A DNA stretch of 61,526 bases, filler included, from Chiloscyllium plagiosum (GCF_004010195.1; 3 parts of one record of this genome joined end to end with filler, not necessarily neighbours in it), one strand, 5' to 3'; positions 24,124 through 38,354 are shown, counted from the first letter of the whole stretch. A program made the numbers and translations. The notes: generated by a model from the sequence alone, not told the origin.

Positions 24124-26629
24124 CTCCTTAGCTGTTCATTGTATCATTGGAGGGAAGGGCTGGCCATCATTAAGGCAAGGTTAAATCCACCATAAAACCT
24201 GACATCCATTGTCTCAATATTGCATGTGTGTGTCAAACAGTGGTAATGCTGCCTCTGCATGCCATTTTATTGTAGATGGCAGCATGGTTTTTGCAAAATG
24301 TGCTGGTGCTCTGAAATCATCAGCCATATGGTCCATGTTGCCCAGCTGCCACCCTATAGTTTGTGTTGTACCTCAAACCAACTGGAATAGTGAATAGACA
24401 GTTGACAAAGGCATCATGACTGCTGCCAGGTTACCAGGCATTGCCCTGACTGATTTGCTGCCAATGGTCATGCAGCTGCTGGGCATTGAGGGGTAGAATC
24501 CATTTTGGCTCAAAACATTGAATCAAAAGGCAGAGGTGGAAGGGTGAATGGATTTAGGGAGGTGGAGGAGTGAAGGGATTAGGGCGTTCATTCCAGAGAA
24601 CAGGAATTTGATATCTGAAAGCACAGCCACTGGTGGACATGGAGAAATGGGGTGCACAATAGGCTGCTACTGGAGCAACTGAGAGTTTGCAAGATACATT
24701 TTCAGTGCTGGAAGAGATTGCTGAGTTGAGGAAGGTTGAATTTATAAAGGCAATCACGGGGGTAAGGAATTTTAAATTTGAGAAGCTGAGGGATCGTGAG
24801 CCAAAGTAAAACAAAGGAAATGAAAGTTGAACGGGTGTCAGGCCTAAAAGAAATCATAGAAGTAATTGAAAAGAGAAAATGTAAGTATATGGAATGATGA
24901 AGACTGTGAACATAGTACTGTGAGAAGAGGAAAGTAGAATACAAAATGTAAAACAAATATAGAAAAGAATGGCATGGATATTGAATAACATAAAGTTACA
25001 ATCAGATATGGATTGTTCTGGAAGCTTTGTGGAAAATATGAGAAAATTGGGTCTGAACCAGCAGAATAAATGAAAACAAGAAGTCCAAAAAGTCAACAAA
25101 AGTAGCTGCCACATGAAGAGAAAGCTGATGTGGATAAACAGAAAACTGAAATGGCCTCACTTGTGATGAATGATGGAGAGGGAGGTCGAAGCATTTCACT
25201 TACTAACTAAATACAGAGAGATCAGAATCTGAAATCCTGTGCCCTGAAGGCCTAAAATGAATGTTTCATTTTGCTTTTAAATTGGTCGATATTATTAAAC
25301 AGATTAAGCACCTCCTTTTGTTATTTGATATGCAACCTTATTGTTCTCCATGGAGTAATTAGAATTAGTAAGGTAATATGAAGACCAGTTTGACCACAGA
25401 GAGAAGGTAAATTCTAGCCTACAGCAAATATAAAAGTTTGTAAAGCTGTGAAAAATATTCAGAAAGGAAATTATCAATAACAATGTTGTTCACAGAGTTT
25501 GAAGTGCTGGTTGCAAATAAGTAATCTTTGGCTAGACAGAAAGTTTCATAAAAATCTGGAGTATATTTTTGTCTTTGCCTGTGCATATCAATTATTATCT
25601 TGATGGAAAACAGAAAGAAAACCTGGCAGATTGAATCCCATAACAGTAAAATAATCCATCCTTTTCTTCCCAAAATGTCCTTAATTTTCCTTCTTCACTT
25701 CCCACCCCAGTCAACATCATTTTGCTGATTTTGCAGGCACAATTCAAGCAGAACTCTCCACATGGCCACCCTCCTTCCCCGGAAGTGCTCACTAACCAAG
25801 CCCTCTCCCTCTGCAGGAATGAACGGCATGTAACACTAAGGAAAGGAACAGGAATCGGAGATGAGCGGGAGATCCTCTAGTCACACCTGACCCAGAGCAG
25901 CAAACTCTTGAATTAGTTCAGGAGCCTTCAAGAGCTGTACACATTCGGACTTTGGTACAAGGAGCATATCTGAACAGAATCTCTGACTGTTACTGGTCCA
26001 TTCAAGCTGGCATTTGGCCAACTTGTTGACAATATGATTTCCTGCCTTCTACAACTGTTCAGATTCTCTGTGAAGGTCATACAGTCAAACAGCCCAACTC
26101 GTTCATGTCAATCAAGTTTCCTAAACCGAACTCATCACATTTGTCCTTATTTGACACATATCCTTTTAAATCTTTCCAATCTATGTACCTGTCTGAATGT
26201 TGTAATTGTACCCACTTCCACCACTTCCTCTAGCAGCTCGTTCCATCTATGCATCACCTTCTGTCTGAAAATATTGCATCTCAGATCCTTTTTATATCTT
26301 GCCCTTCTCACCTTAAACCTATGCCCTTTAGTTTTGGACTCCCCTACCCCTGGGAAAAGACCTTGGCTTTTCAGTTCACCTATGCCCCTCATGATTTTAT
26401 AAACTTCTATAAAGTCACCCCTTGGCCTCCTACACTGCAGAGAAAGAAAGTTCCAGCCTATCCAGCCTTTCCTTGTAACACAAACCCTCCAGTCCTGGTA
26501 ACATTCTTATAAATCATTTTTGCATCCTTTCTGGTTTAATAACATCCTTCCTACAGCAGGGCAATCAGAATTGTATGCAGTACTCCAAATGTAGCTTTAC
26601 CAATGTATTGCATGGCTGTAATATGATGT

Positions 26630-26759
26630 GAAAAGAAAGTGAGGTCTGCAGATGCTAGAGATCAGAGCTGAAAATGTGTTGCTGGAAAAGCGCAGCAGGT
26701 CAGGCAGCATCCAGGGAACAGGAGAATCGACGTTTCGGGCATAAGCCCTTCTTCAGGAA
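26630..26759 (-). mobile_element. Penelope pLTR-derived insert in CR1
   Basis: Interrupts CR1 atgatgt|cccaactcc with an atgt duplication; homologous to 22382-22515. Confidence 0.85.
26729..26756 (-). ncRNA. Minimal type I hammerhead ribozyme core (predicted)
   Basis: Minus strand CTGAAGA-A-GGGC-TTAT-GCCC-GAAAC-GTC; same architecture as 22394-22421, differing only at N7 and loop II. Confidence 0.75.
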
Positions 26760-27064
26760 TGTCCCAACTCCTGCAATGCTCTGACCATTGAAGGCAAGCG
26801 TACCATATGCCTTCTTCACCACCCTGTCTACCTGTGGTGCCACTTGCAAGGAAATATTTATCTGCACCCCTAGGTTTCTCTGTTTGACAACATTCTCCAG
26901 GGCCCTATTATTAACTGTGTAAGTCATGCCCTGGTTTGTCTTAGCAAAATGCAACACCTTGCATTTATCTGAATTCAACTCCATCTGCCATTCCTCAGTC
27001 CATTGGCCCAGTTAATCAAGATCCCGTTGCACTCTTAGATAACCTTCTTCGCTGTCAACGTACC

Positions 27065-27570
27065 ATTTGCTTTCTTCACCACCTGCTGCACCAACACACA
27101 CACTTTCAGTGACTGGTGTACAAGGACACTCATCTCTCGTTACATATCTCCTTTCCCAACTGACCCCAATTCAGATAATAACCTTCTTTCCTGTTTTTGC
27201 TACTAAAGTGGATAACCTTACATTTATCCATATAATACGCCATCTGCCATACATTTAACCACTCTCAGCTGGTCCAAATCAAACTGAAGCTTATCTGCAT
27301 TCTCCTCACAGCTCACCCTCCCACCTAGTTATCTGAAAACTTGGAGGTATTACATTTAATTGCCTGATTTAAATCATTAATCTTAGTCCGAGCACTGATC
27401 CCTATGGTACCCTCATCAGTTATTGCTCGCCACTTGGAAAATTATCCATTTTCTCCAACTCTTTGTTATCTGTCTGCCAACCAGCTCTCTATCTATATAA
27501 GTACACTACCCCAAATTCCATGTGCTTTAATTTTACATGGTGATCTGTTATGTGGGATCTTATCAAAATG
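27065..27570 (-). mobile_element. CR1 RT fragment (separate, older)
   Basis: Minus-strand RT features: gcactgatccctatggtaccc (GVPxGSVL) and catctgcca (WQM). Confidence 0.7.
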
Positions 27571-27944
27571 ACAGATGTAGTTAATTCAGATGAGATTTCT
27601 ATATCTTTATTAGGGAGGAAAAATGTAGCACATCAAATGTACTGCTCTATGAACCGACGAATGAGCTCTACAGCTGCCATCTGTCTTAGCAACCTCCTTC
27701 TTCTGGTACCCCCTTGTCTTCATCCAACACTGTTCCATCAGATGTCACCTTTTTGTGTTGTTCTTCCTCCTCCGATCATCTTTGCATTTTCATGTTGTGT
27801 GAACTAAAGCAATGATGCTGTTCATGCACAGTGGGTCTGAGGGGGGCTTCTCTCAAGTTTGTGGGCATGGATGGGCTTTCTCCTCTTCACCAGCAGGCCT
27901 TCCTGGATGAATGTTACAGAAAGCAGCAAGGCAAGCTGATGCCC

Positions 27945-28260
27945 CAGTGGTGTTTTTGCTCGACTCTTAATCCAGTAATATTCTGGACATGGAGGTTCAA
28001 ATCTCACCATGGAAGATTATAGAATTTGAATTTATTAAAATCTGGGATTAAGAGTTAAGTGTTAGCCATTGTTGACTGCTGTAAAAATCCATCTGATTGG
28101 CTAATAACCCATAAGGAAGGAACATCCATACCTGGTCTGAGCTACTTTGACTCCAGACCCACAGCAACATGGTTAACTCTTAACTTTGTCCTGGCCAAAT
28201 AGGGCTATGAAGCATTGATGGTCAGGCTAGCCATATCCAAAGAAGGAATAAAAGCATTTT
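27945..28260 (+). mobile_element. tRNA-derived SINE (same family as 14230-14582)
   Basis: ggttcaaatctcaccatgg, gaatttgaatt, cctggtctgagctactttgactccagacccacagcaacatggttaactctt. Confidence 0.7.
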
Positions 28261-28269
28261 TCTGATATT

Positions 28270-28620
28270 TTCCCCCTTACCTCCACACTCCAGGCCTTGT
28301 TATCTCATTGTCTGCTACTAAACACAACCCATTGTGAGCCATTAACAACCTCCATTAACACTATTTACCCTTGCAGCCAGATCGTTATCAACTCCTTTGT
28401 TTGTCCAAGTGTTGTTCTCTCTCTCTACGCTTTAGCCCTACCTATCATATACTCCTTACCCCCTCCACCCACCTAATTTTCTGCATAAAAGCCAACATTT
28501 TCTGAGCTACCATCAGTTCTGTGCAAGGATCACCAGACCCAAAATGTTAACTCTGATTTCTCTTCACAGTTGCTGCCAGACCTGCTGAGCTTTTCCAGCA
28601 ATTTCTGTTTTTGTTTCTAA
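28270..28620 (+). mobile_element. Penelope 3' end/pLTR, older copy
   Basis: Pyrimidine-rich PLE 3' region followed by a decayed hammerhead (ctgtgcaaggatcaccagacccaaaatgtt) and gctgccagacctgctgagcttttccagcaatttctg. Confidence 0.7.
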
Positions 28621-29270
28621 AGCAAGGCTCTCCTCTCCAGCACCTCTCTCAAGTCCATGGATTCCTTGTCAACCTCAAATGTCAAAAATCTATCCAATCC
28701 TTATTAACAATGTATCCTTCTAGTGCCAGAGTTTTCTCCTCTGTCACCATGACCTGGGCAGTATCCTCCTCTTTTTAAAGATGATGTAAAGTATTCATTT
28801 AACACTTCCAACATGCCCTGTGCCTCCAAGTGTAAATGCCCTTTTTGGTCTATGATTGGCCTATGGATCCTGTATCCACTTTTACTGTGTGTAGACTATT
28901 AGGAGACTTCGGGATCTCCCCCATGTTAGCTACTCATCTTTTCTCATTGTTTCGGCTTTGCTTCTATCATTTGCTTTTTCACCTTTCCCATCGAGCTTTC
29001 GGTATTCCTGTTGATTTTCAATTGCATTTTCTGCCCTACACTTGTCATAAATATACTTCTTCCTTCCAATGGTAAGTTCTCGATTCTTTGTCATCTAGGG
29101 AACGCTGGATTTGTCTGTCTTATCTTTTCCATTACAGGGAATGTATTTCAACTGTGCCCAAGCCATCAGCTTCTTGAAGGTGACCCATCATTCAGTCACT
29201 GGTTTTCTTAGCAAACCTTTGATTCCAATCAATCCTGCTCAGCTCTGCTCGAGCCCCATTGAAGCCAATT
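28620..29270 (-). mobile_element. Old CR1 ORF2 fragment (EN-RT linker)
   Basis: gatgtaaagtattcatttaacac (VLNEYFTS); similar to 10550-11100. Confidence 0.6.
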
Positions 29271-31544
29271 GGCACATCAAACCCACAGAATTGACTTTGG
29301 TAAATTTGTGTTTATTTTTGAATTCCTCCACCCTCTTGTAAAATCTCTAGCAGTTGTGTCATTTGCCCTGAATCTAGATTGCCACTTGTCTTCCAGAACC
29401 TCTGCTTCACATCAGATTCAGTCTGTCAGTTTTACACCTCTACAACAATTCCTTGCTCCAACCTAAACGTTAACACTCCACTCTGATCTTTTGCATGTCC
29501 ACTCTTCCCTTGCCAACATCCACCCCAGCTCCTTTCTTTCTGTCTCAAATGTCTCCAGGATTTTATTCTCCATGAAGCACTCTCGGCCATTCATGTCCTG
29601 CTAAAGTATTTCACAGTGGCACATCATTATGTTTTTGTCAAAATACTCTTTTTATTTATGATACAAATTGCTCCGGTAATTTAGAAAAATTGCAGTTGGC
29701 AATTATTTGTTGTTCAAGACAGTTAACCGATGACTGACAGTTCAAAATAGTGCCATATTTTCTGCATACTTAACTATTGGAAAGTTACACGAAACTCAAT
29801 GGCTCTCCAATATCTATAATTCAAAATGTACTAACTACAGCTGGTTTCAATATAAGAAGGAATTTACAGAGAGATTATACAACTTAGAACTGTACCTTTT
29901 GAGCTTTTTCATTATATAATTACAAGTACACGTGCTGACAGTTACACTGTCTGATCTGATTCCAACATAGCTTTTCTCATTTATGTGTAAGTGAACTTCA
30001 TTTAACCCCTTCTTCTGTATTCCCTTTGGGCTTTTATTTTAGAAGCTTGTTGGTCAATCTACATTAAATTGAAGTTTGGACAGTTTGGGGTCAGTTCACT
30101 CCTAACCTCAGAGAGAAATATCGAGGAAAAACATAGATTGCTTAATAAATCTTGATGCTAGTTTGAAAGAGATTGCTCCTTCTTTATAAATTGTGTTTTA
30201 GTTGGTGCTGTTTTGCATCATTACCTCCAATCAGCTCTGCCCACCTAGAAGGCATGAGGCAGCCAGCAGTGATGAAAACAACTTCAAATTATTAACGACC
30301 TTAGCAACCATAATAATTCCAAAGAAATAAATACAAAATGCCTTAATGGATTTTTTTATCTGTAAAGTGACACACATCTGTAAAGTGTCTCCTCCAGTGA
30401 CAAGAACAGATGGTTTGATTTTCATAAACCTGCATAACCTAGTGGTGAGACCACCAACATTTTTAGGGTTAATTTACTTTACATATTTTTCAGAGGCTCC
30501 TGGTGGTTTTATTGCCTCTGACTGGGAGCTACCGTTGAGGAACATGGAAATGAATGGCTTGCTGACGAACGATTCAGATACTTGAAACAGCTTAAAGGTC
30601 CAGGTTCATAAAGGGATGGTTATTTTTAAAGAGAATTGCAAATGGTACGTGGAAAATATGTAGAAGCATACAAAAGGTAATTTGACCCAATCAGTCTGTG
30701 TCAATGTTTACACTTGCAATAAGTAAATAATTTTAATCCCATGTACCCACCACATTCTCAGATCTATTTATCCACTCTTCCTTCATTTATCCAATCTAAT
30801 CCTCAATGTTGACATTTCTACCTCAAGTAGTAATCCTGAAAGTGAGTGTCATGATTTCATTTTAATATGTGGAAATACTCTTCTCCCATAATATTTTAAA
30901 TTTAGGGATCGATTGCCTTGCCCTCGATCTTCACAAGCTTCAGCGGAGATGCTGCAGACCCCAAATAAAGCTGCAAAAAGACAGCTTTTCTGTAATGGAG
31001 AGCAGAAACCCACCCAAAGGAAGTGCATAGCAAGTACTACCTCAGTGATCCCATGCACATTGCAACAAAGTTTGTTCAGAAATATAATGGATTTATCAAT
31101 TTAAGCAAAAGAGAGAGAAAGCAATGATGATTTCTAAATCTGCACTGTACTGAAGCCATTTACAAAAAAATGAAATAACTTGGAAGTTAGAGGGCTTAAT
31201 TATGTTGTGAAAGGTCATGTTTTAGCTGAAAAATAATCAAACCTAATTTTTTAAAATATTGTGAGTATTCAAGATGTCATCTTGGACAAATTGTTTCCAT
31301 GTGCAACTGGCAATGTGTTGCACAGGTAAATTAAAATGCAGATTATTTGTTAATAATATGCTGGTGCATATTTTCCAAATGTGTTTTCTCACTAATACTC
31401 TGTCTTAATATAACTCACATCAATGGAATTAAAAACCTTTACCATGCTGTATGAATAAGAATATGAAACAATTGAAGGCAAATTATTTGTTTATTTATTT
31501 TAGCTGCTGGAGCAATTGTACATATTTTTGGAACTTTCCTATAC

Positions 31545-34360
31545 TTAGAATCATAAAGTCATACAGCACTGAAACAGACCCTTCGGTCCAACCAGTCCAT
31601 GCTGAATAGAATCCCAAACTAAACTAATCCCCACCTGCCTGCTCCTGACCCATATCCCTCTAAACCTTTCCCGTTCATGTACTTATCCAAACATCATTTA
31701 GATGTTTTTTTAAGATTAGATTAGATTCCCAACAATGCGGAAACAGGCCATTTGGCTCGACATTGTAATTGTATCTGCATCCTCAAGAAGTTGATCCCAC
31801 ACACGAACCACCTTCTTATGTAAAAATTTGCCCAGCATTGTCTTTTTTTACATCTCTTTCCTCTCACCTTAAAAATGTGCCCCCAGTTGTTGAAATCCCT
31901 CACCCTAGGGAAAGATAACTACTGTTAACCCTGTCTATAACCATTGTGATTTTATACACATCTATAAGGTCACCTGTCAACTTCCTACACTCCAGTTTAA
32001 GAAACCCCAGCCTATCCAGCCTCTCTTTATAAGTCTAACCTTCCATACCTGGCAACGTCCTAATAAATCTCTTTTGAACCCTCTCCAGCTTAATAATAAC
32101 TGGACAACCAGAACTGGACACAATATTCCAGAAGAGGCATCACCAGTGTCCTGAACAACCTCAACATTTCCCAATTCCTATTCTCAAAGGACTGAGCAAT
32201 GAAGGTAAGTGTGCTAAATGCCCTTTTAACCACCCTGTCTACACATGACAAAAACTTCAAAGAATTACATACCTGAACCACTGGTGGTCTACAACACTAC
32301 CAAGGCCCTACCTTTAATTGTATAACTCCTACCCCTGTTTGTTGACCCAAAAAGCAATATCAAGCATTTATCTAAATTGTACTCTACCTGCCATTTTTCA
32401 GCCCACTGACCCATTTGATTAAGATCTTTTTTGTAATTGTAGACAGCCTTCTTCACTGTCCGCTGTGCCACCAATGTTGGCGTGGTCCACAAACTTACTA
32501 ACTGCGCCATCTACATTCTCACCCAAATCATTTATATAAATGACAAACAAAAGAGGACCCAGAACACGGCTGAAAGAAAACCCTCCACCACTACTCTCTG
32601 TCTCTTGCCGTTAAGCCAATTGTGAATCCAATTAGCAAGTGCATCCTGAATCCTATGTAACCTAATGTTATTAATTAGCCTACCATGTGAACTGCACAGT
32701 CCTCATCAACCTTTCTGGTAACTTCATCAAAAAACTCAATCAAGTTTGTGAGACACGATTTTGTTCTCACAAGACCATGTTGGCAATGCCGAAACAAAGC
32801 TTGCCTCTCTAATTGTCCATCAATCCAATCTTTTAAATCACCTCCAACAATATACCCATATCGAAGTCAGACTCACAGGTCTATAATTCCTCAGTTTCTC
32901 TGTACAACCTTTCTTAAACAAATGTGCAACATTAGCCGCCTTCCAGTAATCAGGGACCCCATCCGTAGTTATAGGTGAAAAAAATATTTCTGCAAGGGGT
33001 CTCACAATTTCCTCCCTTATTTCTCACAACATTCTGTGATACATTAGATCAAGTCCCTCAGATTTGTCTGCTTGTATATTCTCTCAGACCTCCAGTACTA
33101 CCCCTTTTGTACTGTTTTAAAATCATCAAAATGTAATTCTCCGTATTCTCTCGCCTCCATTTCTTTCTCCACAGTAAAAACTAACAGAAAATATTCACTT
33201 AGTATCTCTCCCATCTCTTTGGGTTTAACACAATCCCCTTGATCTTTGAGAACCCGATCCTCTCTAGTTACCCTCTTGCTCTAAATGTATTTGTAGAATC
33301 TCTTTAGATTATCTTTAACCTTATCTGCCAATGCTATCGCACATCATTTCTTTGCTTTCTTGATTCCTTTCTTCAGAGTGCCCCTACACACTTTATATTG
33401 ATTAAGAGATTCAGTTGAACTCTATATAAAATAAGTTGTCTCTATATAAAATAAGATTCTCTTTTATGCTTAACTAGAACCTCAATATCTTTATTCATCC
33501 ATTGTTCCCTACCCTCGCCAGCCTTATCCTTCACTCGAGCAGGAACAATATGCCTCTGAACTCTTGTTATCACACTTTTAAAAGCCTCCCACTTGTCAGT
33601 TGTCCCTTTACCTGTGAAGTATCTACTTGAAATAACATTTGAAAGTTCTTGTCTCATACCATTAAAATTTGCCTTACTCCAATTAAAACCTTTAGCTTTT
33701 ATGGAAGACCTATCCTTTTCCATAACCATTTTGAAACTAATAGAATTATGATCACTAGGCTCAAAGTGCTCCCCCACTTTTACTTCAGTCACCTGTCTTG
33801 CTTTATTGCCCAAGAGAAGGTCTAGTTTTACTCCTTCTCCTCTATGAGCATCCACATATTGATAAAGAAGATGTTCTTGAACACATTTAACAAATTCTTT
33901 ATCATCCAAACCTTTAACACTATAGTAGCCCCAGTCAATGTTTGGAAAATTAAAATCCTGCATTATTAACCATATTATGCTTACATATATCTGAGATCTC
34001 CCTACATATTTGTTTCTTAATTTCCCTCTGACTTCGGGGGGGCTTACATTACAATCCTATTAATTTTTTCCTTTCTTATTTCTCATTTCTACCTATATGT
34101 TTTCACTGGATGATTTTGCATAAATATCTTCTCTAGTTACAGCATCTTTTAATCAAAAGCACCACACCCCCTCCTCTCATGCCTCATTTCCTATCCTTCC
34201 TGTTGCATCTAAAACCTGGAATATTGAGGTGCCAGTCCTGTCCATCTCTCAGCCTTGTTTCTGTAATAGCTATGATATCCCAATCCCATGTTCCTAAACA
34301 TGCCCTGAGTTCATCAGCCTTACCTGTAAGACCCCTTCCATTGAAATAAAACTAAAGTTT
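31545..34360 (-). mobile_element. CR1 LINE ORF2 (EN to 3' tail), deleted and degenerate
   Basis: ORFs 32090-32281 (LEYCVQFW), 32289-32510 and 33442-33963 (DFNFPNIDW, LDLLLGN, SDHNSI); 3' tail tagaatcataaagtcata. A short HE1-type tail fragment is inserted at ~31712-31760. Confidence 0.9.
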
Positions 34361-34424
34361 AAATAATATGTAGGGACTGCTCTAACTGGTACTGATTCAT
34401 AAGTATATTTTCAATTCCTTCATG

Positions 34425-34565
34425 GGATAGGTATATGAATAGGAAGGGTTTAGAGGGATATGGGCCAAGTGCAAATGGGACTAGATTAGGTTAGGGTACC
34501 TAGTTGGCATGGACGAGTTGGACTGAAGGATCTGTTTCTATGCTGTACATCTCAATGACTCTATG
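34425..34565 (+). mobile_element. CR1/HER1 3' end fragment
   Basis: agagggatatgggcc...catggacgagttggactgaagg...tgactctatg; antisense to 31545-31690. Confidence 0.8.
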
Positions 34566-34569
34566 TGAG

Positions 34570-35800
34570 TATGGCTGCAGTTAATTCCGTGGCCTTGAGA
34601 AAGTGGTGGTGAACTGTCACTCTGAACCACTGTAGAAGTTCCTAGATTTTGACTCAGCAACAGGAAAGGAATGGCAACATAGTTCCTAGTCAGCATGGTG
34701 TGTAGCTTAAGAGGAACTGGCATTTTGGGGTTTTCCCAGGTGTCTGCTGTCCTTCTTCTTGGTGGTAGAGAATGTGGGTTTGGAAGTGCTGTCACAGCAG
34801 ATTAGGTGAGTGACTGCACTGCATCTTAAGTATGGTCTGTAAAGTTTCCACTATGCACTGTTGATGGGGGAATTAATAACTAAGATTGATTTGGTTCCAG
34901 TTGAACAGTTTGCTCCTTACTGCATGGTGAAAAGCTTCTTGAGTTTTGTTGGAAACATTCATCCAGGCAAGGGTTGAATTTTCTGTCACATGAACAACTC
35001 GATTGTGTGCAAGCTTTGGGTGAGTAGGAGATGAGTTGCTCACCACAGAATACCGACCCTCTGATATGCTCTTTTTGATTATGTATTTGTATGGCTTGTC
35101 TAATTCAGTTTCTGGTCAATGGTAACTCCTAGGATGTTGATAGTGGGGAAATCAATGATGGTAATGCCATTGAATGTAAAGGGGCAATGGTTAGATCTCT
35201 CTTCTTGCCAAGTCATTGCCTTGTGAGATGTAAATGTTACTTGCCATCAACATCAACCATTATCCAGAATGTTGTCTAGCATTTGTGCACAGACTGCTTC
35301 AGTATCCAAGGAGTCATGAATGGTCATGAACATTGTGCAATCATCAGCAAGCATCCCCACTTCTGACCTTATGATAGAAGAAATATCATTGATGAAGCAA
35401 CTGAATATGGTTGAGCCAAGCACATTACCCTGATAAACTCCTGCTGTGACATCCTGAGACTGAGATGGTTGAACTCCAACAACCACAACCAAATTCCTTT
35501 GTACTAACACTGACTCCAGTCAGTGGAGAGTTTCAGCCTGGTTTCCCCACTGACTCCAGTTTTGCTAGGCCTTCTGAATTTCAAACTCCATCAAATAGTG
35601 CTTTGATGTCAAGGACAACCATTCTTGCCTCATGTTTTGAGACTAGTTCATTTTCTCCATGTTTAGATTAAATCCGTTATTAGTTTGAAAGCTAAATAGC
35701 TTTGGCAGAATCTAAACTGAGCAAGCGTGAGAAGAGTATTGTTGAGTAAATGCCATTTAATGGTACTGTCATGGACCTCTTCCATCGCATTGTTCATGAT
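34570..35800 (-). mobile_element. L2/CR1-group LINE RT-3' fragment
   Basis: ORF 35253-35510 (VVVG...GVYQGNVLGSTIFSCFIND...LADDCT). Confidence 0.8.
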
Positions 35801-36712
35801 CAAGGTACTTTACCTGATGTGATGGTATTTATGTTATCTACTGTCACATATGAAATGAATGTTGTGGTATTGAAAATTGAACAGACATTTTATTATAGCT
35901 AACTATTGTGCACAGCATTTATATTAATCAGGCACATAAGTGTCTGGACTAATATTAACCTTTTAGGTATCTCAAAGGAGGCTAAGGTAAGATGGAGTTT
36001 GAAATCATGAGACCCTCAGGCTACATGCTATGTGATGATATTAAGCGCACATCTCTTAAATCTACACGGACATACCGACTGTGAGACAGAACACAATAGA
36101 TGGGATGAAAATTGGCCAGGTTGGATTTCTTACACTTTTTTGGCCTGTCCATACCTGGACAATTTTGAATGTTTTCAGGCAGATCTCAGTGAGGATGTTA
36201 GTTCCTTTATTTTTTTCATTCATTCATGGAAAGTAGGATTTGTTGCTTATCCTTAATTGTCAAAGAAAAGATGGTGGTGAGTTCCCTCTTTCAATCTCAA
36301 CTTCAGTTGTTGTTTCACAAAAGAGTTTGTGATTGAAATTAATCAGCAAGGACAGTAATACCAATGGTTGTCAAGGTGACTGTTTCTCAACATTTAGAGA
36401 TCTACCCTCTTCCGAGCTGTTGCTGGAGATGTAAGAAACAAACTGTAGTTGGGAATCACTGCTTTGTCAGCTATCTTAGTGAGGCTGTTTACACAGACAA
36501 AGCGTTACATCTCATTGGCTCTTACGAGAGACATGAAGAGAGAGTGAACCTGAGGTTCTGATGAATTGCTGGCCTCTTTGTGTTGCAGGGTACTATTAAC
36601 CACAGACACATGGCCCAGGATTCTACTCAGCTGAACTTGTTATTTTTGTAAACCTGGGAATATTCTGTTCCTTCAAAGGCAGAGTCAGAACTTGACCAAA
36701 GATGTACAACAT

Positions 36713-37275
36713 TCAGGATGGGTGTTGCAGGAAAACGTCTTCATCCTCCTCCACGGAACACTGCTCCTGGTCTCCTAGATAATCAGCATCTATCACGTCT
36801 CCAGCTCCTGGACTACTGCGGTTGTGCCGTGCATAGTATGCTGGGGTTCGATGACACGCTCTGTCTGTACAGCCACCGCCCCCCCCCCCCCACCGCCCCC
36901 CCCCCAGACCCATCCAAGCATTGGACCATTATTTTCAGGAGGCTTATTGTCTAGCCCATAATGCAGCTGAGTTTATCAATAGAAAAGGCTTCCATTCCAT
37001 TAGCTTGCAAGTCATTTGAGATCATTGATACTGCATCATGGAAGTGTGCTTCAGGTACTTTGGGACCAGCCATATTGGATACATCCTTGAAAATGTTCCC
37101 GTTCCTGCTGCATTGGAGAGGTCAGATGCCTTTACAAGCATTCTTACTGTGTGACTAAAGATACCCAGATGACACCATTATATAACCCATTGACTGAGGC
37201 TGAACATTGATGCAATGCAGGTAATTTCTTGACCAGGGCCAAGCAATGTCAACTATGATGCTGCAGCCTTCTATC
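36713..37275. pseudogene. Harbinger (HARBI1-like DDE) transposase remnant with internal inversion
   Basis: Plus 36965-37220: EFINRKGFHSISLQVI*DH...FGTSHIGYILE...LLCD*RYP...PLTEAEH*CNA. Minus 36960-36713: TISLLKIMVQCLDGSGG...HN...EEDED. Both match successive HARBI1-family motifs. Confidence 0.8.
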
Positions 37276-37279
37276 CAGG

Positions 37280-38352
37280 CTTCAGTAAATCCTTTGACGA
37301 GGTCCCTCATGGCAGACTGGTACAAAAGGTGAAGTCACATGGCATTGGGGTGAGCTGGCAAGATGGATACAGAATTGGCTCAGTCATAGGTGGACAGAGG
37401 GTAGCGGTGGAAGAATGCTTTTTGGAATGGAGGATTGTGACTAGTGGTGTTCCACAGGAATCAGTGCTGGGACCTCTGCTATTCCTGGTCTACATAAATG
37501 ATTTGGAAGAAAACGTGGTTGGTCTAATTAGTAAGTTTGCGGACGATACAAGGAGTGGTGGAGTTGAGGATAGTGAAGAGAATTGTCAGAGGATATAGCA
37601 TGATATAGATCAGTTGAAGGCATGGGCAGAAAAATGGCAGATGAAGTTTAATCCGGACAAATAATATACAGAAGGATCTAGGTGTAAAAGTCCACAGATG
37701 ACTGAAGATGGCAGCACAGGTACATAAGGTAGTATAAAAGGTCTATGGCATGCTTGCTTTCATTGGAAGGGGCAATGAGTAGCGTATAAGGATAGGCAAG
37801 TCATACTGCAGCGTTATAGGGCCACACTTGGAATATTATGTACAATTCTGGTCACCACACTATCAGAAGGATGTGGATGCTATGGAAAGGATACAGCAAA
37901 TGTTTACCAAGATGTTGCCTGGTATGGGGGATTTTAGTTATGAAGAAAGATTGGATAGACTGGGTTTGTTTTCACTGGAACGCAGGAGGTTGATGGGCAA
38001 CCTGATAGTAGTTTATAAGGTTGTGAATGGCGTGGACAAAGTGGAAAGTATGAGGCATTTTCCCAGGATGAGGGGTCAATTACTACGGGATACAGGTTCA
38101 TGATGTTTAAAGGAGATGTACGAGGCAAGGTTTTCACACAAAGGGTGGTGAGTGCTTGGAATGCATTGCCAGAGGAGGTGTGGAAGCAGACACAATAGCA
38201 GCATTCAAGAAACACCTGGAAAAATACATGAATAGGAAGGAAATAAAGGGATACAGATCCTGTAAGTGATGATAGTTTAGTATGGACGGGCATAATGTAC
38301 TGGCACAAGCTTGGAGGGCCAAAGGACCTGTCCTGCATTTTCTTTGTTCTTT
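37280..38352 (+). mobile_element. CR1 LINE RT-3' fragment
   Basis: ORFs 37329-37598 (GVPQESVLGPLLFLVYINDL, FADD) and 37828-38103 (EYYVQFWSP); (tgttctt) tail. Confidence 0.9.
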
Positions 38353-38354
38353 GT

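Larger units (their letters stand above)
26070..27065 (-). mobile_element. CR1 (HER1-like) LINE 3' fragment
   Basis: ORFs 26147-26392 (SKTKGHRFKVR...WNELLEEVVE) and 26700-26984 (FNSDKCKVLHF-like, QVDRVVKKAYG). Confidence 0.88.

Noticed and set aside
36878..36905. C-runs as a G-quadruplex regulatory element
   Set aside because: Homopolymer expansion at the SGG codons of the Harbinger transposase fossil; no evidence of function.
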